Virus record (IMG/VR): IMGVR_UViG_3300031555_004524
Coordinates: 128,001-192,000 of that record
Length of the DNA: 64,000 nucleotides
Reading direction: 5' to 3' (one strand)
Origin: a virus
Lineage: Duplodnaviria; Caudoviricetes
Shown: positions 57,800 through 64,000 of the stretch, in pieces
Layout: every line of letters starts with the position of its first letter
Numbering within the stretch: position 1 is the stretch's first letter
Position numbers and translations under genes: made by a program
The notes under the pieces: model-generated
Database searches by the model: none
What the model saw: the letters and a program-made list of their open reading frames with translations, nothing else
Told to the model about the DNA's origin: nothing

Positions 57800-58885
57800 T
57801 TATTTCATCCTCCATTTTAATTTATAGTCATATTTCATTGAACTTGGACCTAACCATTGAGAATACGAACTTTTATTTTTTCTAACTACCCAAGGTGTCA
57901 AAGCCCATGTTCCGTCTATACCTTTAATTTCATCATTGTATATATCTAAATATTTAGGAGTACTATTAAGAGACATCGATTCGCTAATTAATTGATTGAA
58001 ATATACTAAAATATATGGTTTCATATCATCGATAAATTGTATCTTAAATGGAACCTGATATCTTAATCCACCTTCAACCTTTACATCAGAGAATGCTTCT
58101 CTAGGAACACTCTTCGGATAAACTCCAACGCCATATGCATAATATATTATAGTTTCATAATCTTCATCAACTATAAATTTATATACTGCGAATTGATCGT
58201 GGAGTTCTTTATATTCTATATATCTATTAAAATTGTACCCTTCAGTGGATTCAGGTGCACTATTAATATTTGGAGGCGATACAATACCATCTCGTTTTAA
58301 TCTCTCATATTCATCGTATGCTTTAAAGAAATGGTACAATTCCAAATATTTAGTATCTTCAAATTCTAATGTAGATTCTGCTCCTTCGTCTGATGAAAAT
58401 CCGTTACCTCTATATGTAATCTGTGTTCCATATATTGTAGCGGAAGTATCTATATCTTCAGTTGTGATTTCTGGCAAATCTAATGTATTTTTTACTGAAT
58501 TCGATAGAATGTTTATAAATGGTGAAAAACTAGACGTTTTCGTAGTATGTGCACTTCGCTGCAATTGTGTTATGACCTCTGGATATCTTTGAGATAATTC
58601 TACAAAGAATGCATTATTACTAAGCTGAGGATTCAATGTATTAGTTCCAGGTTTGTAAATATGTAAATCTGGTTTAGTAAAGAACAAATACTCTCTGGTA
58701 TTTGTTAATGAATTATAAGGGTCAATAACCCCAAATCTATTAAATTTTGTATACCACTCGATATCTTGTCTATTATATATATTAGACGACTGTAGTATCT
58801 TTCCCATATCTTTTATGGAAGAAATATCTGATGTAAAAATACCAGATTTAGTTCCAGTTGTTTTTTCTAAAGGCATATAAGTCAC
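57800..58885 (-). CDS. Tail tube-like/baseplate protein
   Basis: YLFFTKPDL...GVYPKSVP; late promoter at 58902-58913; adjacent to the wedge gene. Confidence 0.55.
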   Translation of the reverse strand: MTYMPLEKTTGTKSGIFTSDISSIKDMGKILQSSNIYNRQDIEWYTKFNRFGVIDPYNSLTNTREYLFFTKPDLHIYKPGTNTLNPQLSNNAFFVELSQRYPEVITQLQRSAHTTKTSSFSPFINILSNSVKNTLDLPEITTEDIDTSATIYGTQITYRGNGFSSDEGAESTLEFEDTKYLELYHFFKAYDEYERLKRDGIVSPPNINSAPESTEGYNFNRYIEYKELHDQFAVYKFIVDEDYETIIYYAYGVGVYPKSVPREAFSDVKVEGGLRYQVPFKIQFIDDMKPYILVYFNQLISESMSLNSTPKYLDIYNDEIKGIDGTWALTPWVVRKNKSSYSQWLGPSSMKYDYKLKWRMK

Positions 58886-59119
58886 CGACCTTTCGTACGA
58901 TTATCGGTATGTTTTTATTATGACAAAATACGCTTCAATTGCATATTATACTTATGACGTTTGAATGAGAAACGAGAAAATAACAACAAGGTATCATAAT
59001 GGTTAATTATATCGAATATATAAAAATTATTAAATATTATAAATCTTAACCTTCTCAACTTTATGTGACAATAATGCCAAATTGTAACAGATTAACAAGA
59101 AGAGAGGAGATTAAATAAT

Positions 59120-59401
59120 ATGACAATTGAAACAATATTAGGATTAGCAGTACCAATTATAGGAGGTATTGCTGAAATAGCAAAAAGTAATAAACCATCA
59201 GTAGTAGAAAAAGTTGAAGTAAAGGAAACTATGCCAGTAGTACAACCACAGCAACAAGCTATGATTAAACCTATTAATCAGATTGATCATACCCAACCAC
59301 CAATAAACGTTAATTTTAATTTAAATATTTTCATTAATGGTAAAAAGATGGGTGAGAAAGAATCAGATCCAATAGGTAATAGAATTATTATAGATGCGTA
59401 G
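59120..59401 (+). CDS. 93-aa protein with hydrophobic N-terminus
   Basis: SD GAGGAG; early-type motif CATATTAT at 58942-58949. Confidence 0.65.
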   Translation: MTIETILGLAVPIIGGIAEIAKSNKPSVVEKVEVKETMPVVQPQQQAMIKPINQIDHTQPPINVNFNLNIFINGKKMGEKESDPIGNRIIIDA

Positions 59402-59481
59402 TTTGACCATGGATGATACCTTTATTTTTTTACCTTTTAACATTGAGTTAATATTAAGAAAGGAAAGGAAGGTCTGCATAA

Positions 59482-60933
59482 ATGAAGTATGATACACTCC
59501 ACGAAACAGTTATAAGAGACGTGTTAGATATACTTTCTGATACAAAACAGGCTGCTGATAAATCTATTACGCCGAGTTCACGTGTTGCTAGGTCAGGTTC
59601 AATAAGTAAGGCAACTTCTGGTCTTACTTTAGTATTTCCTGTCATTGGGTCTACTAATAATTCATTAGAGACTAACACTATGGTTGTAAAAGCTGTCGAA
59701 AGACAAGCAGTATCACTTTTACAGATTGCATTTTCTGCATTCAACCTTACAAATGCAGCAGATGCTACAGAATTTATTAAACAATTTCATACCAATTTAA
59801 GTGGTGGAAAATTATCCTTAGATCAGTTTATTGAAATTATGGATGATTATGTGCAAGAGAATGGTTTAGTGCCACGAGAAACCAGAGGAATGTACAACGC
59901 TGTTTTAGAAGACCTTAGAAATTTATCATACCATTTTGCGGATGATATTTCTGAATCTTCTATCAACCAGTTTAAAGTTCGTCAGATGGGATTTAATCGA
60001 GTAGTGATTAAAGAAGAATTATCTGAAGATGAAAAAGATGCTATGAAGAGAGATGAGCATGAATGGAAAGGCAACCAGCAGTATTATGATTATATGGGAA
60101 ATGTCCGTTCAGATGCTAAAGATAAAAGAGATGCTGAAAAGCATAAATGGGATAAAGAAGATCGAGAGAGAAATATTGCTAGAGATAAAAGAATTGATAA
60201 AAGATTAGATATGAGAAATGATATTCAGAATCAGAAAGATATGACTGATGTATTCAAGAATCAAATTTTATCTAGCGATGTTAAGAAGATCAATGAAATG
60301 GTTCCAACTATGATGATTGTAAATTTCATTACAGTTGATAAATCAATTGAACAGCCAATTTTAAGACAGGTTGTAATTGGAGTTAAAGCGAAATTCTATC
60401 CAGCTGATTCTCAGGATGTAGTAAATAAGATTATCACAAAACACGTTGATGGTAATTTATTACTCAAACTTGTAAAAGCATCTACTAGAGAAATCAGTTT
60501 TGTTAAAGATTTCTTATTTGCAATTGATAATGCTAAATTATCTGCAGTTGCAAATTCTAAACATGGTTCTAGAACTAATAAGTTATTAAAAGTTTTAGAA
60601 CGTAGAGCATTAGGTGGTAAGATTCGTAAAACATTTAAACTTGATAATGCATTCAAAGCTATTTCTACTTTAGTTATTTCTAAAGACGAAGCAGACTATA
60701 TTATGCAGGAAAATAAGATTGATGTTACTAATCCTAGAATAATGCGACCTATTATGGAAAAATTAAACTTGATGATGTTTATCATTGCAGATGAATCTTC
60801 AGAGTCTATTCAGATGATTATGGATAGCGGAGACGATGTATATGAAACATTATCTTTCTCTCAGTTAGAACGAGAAGCATCAGATTCAAGTTCTAAGAAA
60901 GCAATTAACCTCATGACTAAAATGGTTAGATAA
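59482..60933 (+). CDS. Putative virion/head protein
   Basis: Late promoter at 59439-59450; charged internal insertion. Confidence 0.55.
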   Translation: MKYDTLHETVIRDVLDILSDTKQAADKSITPSSRVARSGSISKATSGLTLVFPVIGSTNNSLETNTMVVKAVERQAVSLLQIAFSAFNLTNAADATEFIKQFHTNLSGGKLSLDQFIEIMDDYVQENGLVPRETRGMYNAVLEDLRNLSYHFADDISESSINQFKVRQMGFNRVVIKEELSEDEKDAMKRDEHEWKGNQQYYDYMGNVRSDAKDKRDAEKHKWDKEDRERNIARDKRIDKRLDMRNDIQNQKDMTDVFKNQILSSDVKKINEMVPTMMIVNFITVDKSIEQPILRQVVIGVKAKFYPADSQDVVNKIITKHVDGNLLLKLVKASTREISFVKDFLFAIDNAKLSAVANSKHGSRTNKLLKVLERRALGGKIRKTFKLDNAFKAISTLVISKDEADYIMQENKIDVTNPRIMRPIMEKLNLMMFIIADESSESIQMIMDSGDDVYETLSFSQLEREASDSSSKKAINLMTKMVR

Positions 60934-60959
60934 TTTTAAGGAAAGGAGGATAATTAGAG

Positions 60960-62027
60960 ATGGATTATAAAACATATTCAAATTTTATTAATGAGTATTT
61001 TGATATTAAAGATTCAGTAACAAGAAAGAAACTTGTTAGTCTATCAGAAGCAAAAGATCAGAATGCTGCATTATTAAGCGCTTCTATTAAATTATATGAA
61101 TTAATTGAAGCTAAAGTTACTGATATTGATTTTGGTGAAATTCCTAAATCTAAAGGTGACATTACAAAGATTCCAAATTTTATGGAATTAGTTGAATGCA
61201 CAAATACAATTCATACTATCTTAGTACAGAATAAACAGTCCACTGAAAGTACTGATACTATTCTCAACGCTATTGAAAATATGAAAGTATTAAAACCAGA
61301 ATTTGAGAAAGCATTTGTTATCAATTGTGATATTGTTGTATTATTATATAATACTATGGCATTATCTATTGTAAGTGCTGTATCTTATTTGATTTCAACT
61401 ACAATTGATTTTGTGAGAGATCCAGCTGTAGGATCATATGAAATTTCTTTACAGAATACCTCAAAAACAAAATCTAAAGACCATATTTTATATAAAAATC
61501 TCAAAAAGTTTAACAAATCATGTGCAACAGGTCAGATGAAAAAATCACTTATAGATCTTCTTAGAGCTACAAGTGGTGTAAATGAATCTGGTGAAGTTGC
61601 TACATTGTTAAGTGAAGAAAAAACTGCTGTTACAGAAGAAGCATTCACTGCTATCGTTGCAGCTATTGCTGGTACAGCTACTATTATTGCATTAATAGGA
61701 ATTTTATTACCTATTATTCAAGAAGTAGTTTGTTTCTTTTACTGTGCTAAACAGAGTATTTCTGATTACTTTAGCATTCAATCTGACGTAGTTAGATTAA
61801 ATGCTGAAAATGTAAAACTGGATATGACAAAAACTCCAGCAGAAAGAGAAAAAATATATAAGAAACAGGTTAAAATTGCAGATAGTTTTAAGAAAATAAG
61901 TACAAAATTATCTGTAAAAATGAAAGGATCTAATAAATCTGCGGAAACAATGATTGATAAAGAAAGATCTTCTAAAATGAAATTTACTAGTGCTGATGCT
62001 ACAATTGCACCATCAAGCATTTTCTAG
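60960..62027 (+). CDS. Putative virion protein with a hydrophobic segment
   Basis: SD AAAGGAGG; EAFTAIVAAIAGTATIIALIGILLP. Confidence 0.55.
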   Translation: MDYKTYSNFINEYFDIKDSVTRKKLVSLSEAKDQNAALLSASIKLYELIEAKVTDIDFGEIPKSKGDITKIPNFMELVECTNTIHTILVQNKQSTESTDTILNAIENMKVLKPEFEKAFVINCDIVVLLYNTMALSIVSAVSYLISTTIDFVRDPAVGSYEISLQNTSKTKSKDHILYKNLKKFNKSCATGQMKKSLIDLLRATSGVNESGEVATLLSEEKTAVTEEAFTAIVAAIAGTATIIALIGILLPIIQEVVCFFYCAKQSISDYFSIQSDVVRLNAENVKLDMTKTPAEREKIYKKQVKIADSFKKISTKLSVKMKGSNKSAETMIDKERSSKMKFTSADATIAPSSIF

Positions 62028-62157
62028 TAAATATAAAGATATTAAACATATCTATAATCGCATAGTTTGATCTTACAAGATGGCATACTATGTCAACAAT
62101 TAAGTAAAATATTCAAAATTCAATTTTTAAGTGAAAAGAAAGAAGGAGGACATTACT

Positions 62158-63251
62158 ATGGGAATGTTTGGATTAGACTTTGCACAGGAAAGTGCAATTA
62201 ATTCTGGATTAGGATTCGAATATACAGCAGAAGACGATGCGATGATGGAAGCATTTGATGCTATTGAATGTTTCGAAGATCCTGAATTCGCATTTGGACG
62301 TTTAGCATTAGAAAATGCTACTAACTTCCACAACTTAACAATGGCTATCGCTATTGACGAAATGAACACACTTATCGCTACAAAAGAAGAAGTTGTTTAC
62401 GAAGAAAGCAAATTCGCTAGCATCATGGATAAAGTTAAAAAAGCTATCCAGTCAGCTTGGCAGAAAGCTAAAGGCGTGTTTGAAAAAGTTATGAATATCA
62501 TTTCTGGATGGGTTCAGAATGATAAAAAATTTGTAGAAACTCACAAGAAAGCTGTAAATAAGTTCAAAGGAACAGTTACAGTTAAAGGTTATAACTTTAC
62601 ACATCTTGAAGAGGATATTGAAGCAGGAGCAGCAGAAGCTTTTGATAAATCTCTTAAAGCTGTAAACCTTGATACAGTTGCAGATCCAGAAAAAGCATTA
62701 CTCGATGCAACAAAAGGTGATATGGGTGGATTTGGTGATAAGATGAGAGCTAACTGTGTTCCTGGATTCTCTGGAAAATCTCTTGAAGCAGGAAAATTCA
62801 CAAAAGAACTCAACAAATACTTTAGAAATGGTGAAGAAGAAGCAAAAGAAATTAAATTTACAGCAGCTAATGGAGAAAAACTTCTTAACGAAGTATCTTC
62901 ATGCAAAACAGCAAAAGCTTCTGCAAAAGCATCATATGAAGGTGTTAAGAAATACTTCAAATTCCTTATTGCAGCTGCAGATAAGGTCGAGCTCAGGCAA
63001 ATAATGCAGTTAAAAATAAGAGGGATGCTAGCCATGCTGATAAAGTATCAAAAGCAGTTGGTAAATGGACATCATGCTGTAATCAGGCAATCAATATTGC
63101 TCATGCTATGATGAATGCTCACATTGCAAATATTAATGCTGCTCATAACCAGGCTAAAAAAGTAGTTGTAGCTATGGCTAACGGTGGAGATAAAGAAGAA
63201 AAGAAAGAAAAAGTTGGTGATTCAGCTTTAGAATCAGTTGTATTTATCTAA
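62158..63251 (+). pseudogene. Putative internal head protein with an apparent 1-nt frameshift at ~62986
   Basis: SD AGGAGG before the ATG at 62158. After GAT AAG GT the protein-like sequence continues in the -1 frame (RAQANNAVKNK...ALESVVFI*) to TAA at 63249-63251. Confidence 0.7.
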
Positions 63252-63300
63252 TGCAAAACTTGTATCAGGCAAACTGATTAAAATGCATAAAACAAAAGAT

Positions 63301-63334
63301 TGGGGTTGCCAATTGGCAACTCCATTTTCTTTTA
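63301..63334 (+). terminator. Intrinsic terminator
   Basis: Stem tggggttgcc/ggcaactcca plus T-tract. Confidence 0.8.
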
Positions 63335-63362
63335 TCTAAATAATTGAGGAGGATAAGTTCCA

Positions 63363-64000
63363 ATGAGCAATCTTTTGAATTTAGATCATATGTTTATAGA
63401 AAGCTCTTTTTTAAAAGCTTTAAATAATTCTGTTATTTCTGAATCATACAGATCTTCAGTATTAGGTCCATTAAAAACTTTTAACGAATCTTTTAATATT
63501 AATACTGAAAAATTATATATGAGTATTTCAGAAGCAGAATCGAAAGAAAAAGAAAATGATATTTTTACTCATTATTTTAGTGAAATTGAAAAATCATTTT
63601 CTGAATTAATTAAACAGATATCTGAAGTTGAATCTAGATTTGTTATTAGAGTAGATAATATGGTAGATGCAAATATGGATATTCTTAAAAACACATCTGC
63701 ACTTTCAGATTGTAAACCATTTCATTATCGAATGTATGAATTTAAAAATATTTCAGATGCAGATTTTCCTAAGATTAACCCATTATCAATTTATAATAAA
63801 GAATTTGATTTCATGGGACAGCTGTTACAGGATCTCGGTCCAGCTGCAACAAATCAAATGAAATTGCAGGTTATTGCATCTGTATACAATATGCTCAATA
63901 AAGGAAATTCAGATCAGCTTACTAAGAAATGTGTAAAAGATATCTTAGATATGGATGATGATGACGATTGTGATATCGCTAAATTTCCTAAAAAATTATA
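63363..64000 (+). CDS. Putative virion protein, 3'-partial
   Basis: SD GAGGAGG, then ATG AGC AAT CTT...; frame runs off the window. Confidence 0.7.
   Translation, partial: MSNLLNLDHMFIESSFLKALNNSVISESYRSSVLGPLKTFNESFNINTEKLYMSISEAESKEKENDIFTHYFSEIEKSFSELIKQISEVESRFVIRVDNMVDANMDILKNTSALSDCKPFHYRMYEFKNISDADFPKINPLSIYNKEFDFMGQLLQDLGPAATNQMKLQVIASVYNMLNKGNSDQLTKKCVKDILDMDDDDDCDIAKFPKKL

Noticed and set aside
62056-62157. Riboswitch in the 100-nt leader of the 62158 gene
   Set aside because: Only one modest 5' hairpin (catagt/actatg); no recognisable aptamer or expression platform
1-64000. Alternative genetic code (stop-codon reassignment)
   Set aside because: Long genes are uninterrupted in the standard code, and TAA, TAG and TGA all end genes next to terminators or downstream starts

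Overview
This is 64 kb of a very AT-rich jumbo phage genome of the phiKZ-related AR9/PBS1 type, read in the standard genetic code. Strong AGGAGG Shine-Dalgarno (SD) sites point to a Firmicutes host. It encodes split multisubunit RNA polymerase subunits: a beta' N-terminal part interrupted by a group I intron with an HNH endonuclease exactly at the catalytic DFDGD motif, a beta' C-terminal part, and a large beta. It also encodes nucleotide and DNA enzymes (ThyA, guanylate kinase, RNase H, RusA, a small PolB-like protein), a protein kinase-like gene, and tail, baseplate and head genes including a 3594-aa tail protein with three cell-wall hydrolase domains. Two promoter classes can be read directly: late-type AACA-N6-TA and early-type TATATTAT. 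These motifs reveal the most interesting element, a set of ORF-less promoter-to-hairpin transcription units. Five lie in tandem at 28.1-28.9 kb, with others at 20.6, 32.2 and 39.8 kb. They predict structured small RNAs carrying segments antisense to SD and/or AUG regions, a candidate phage-encoded sRNA translational-control system. Also found: an unannotated ATT-start HicA-like toxin, small early-gene cassettes (one empty), and a frameshifted structural gene. All protein assignments come from motif recognition by eye; no database search was run.
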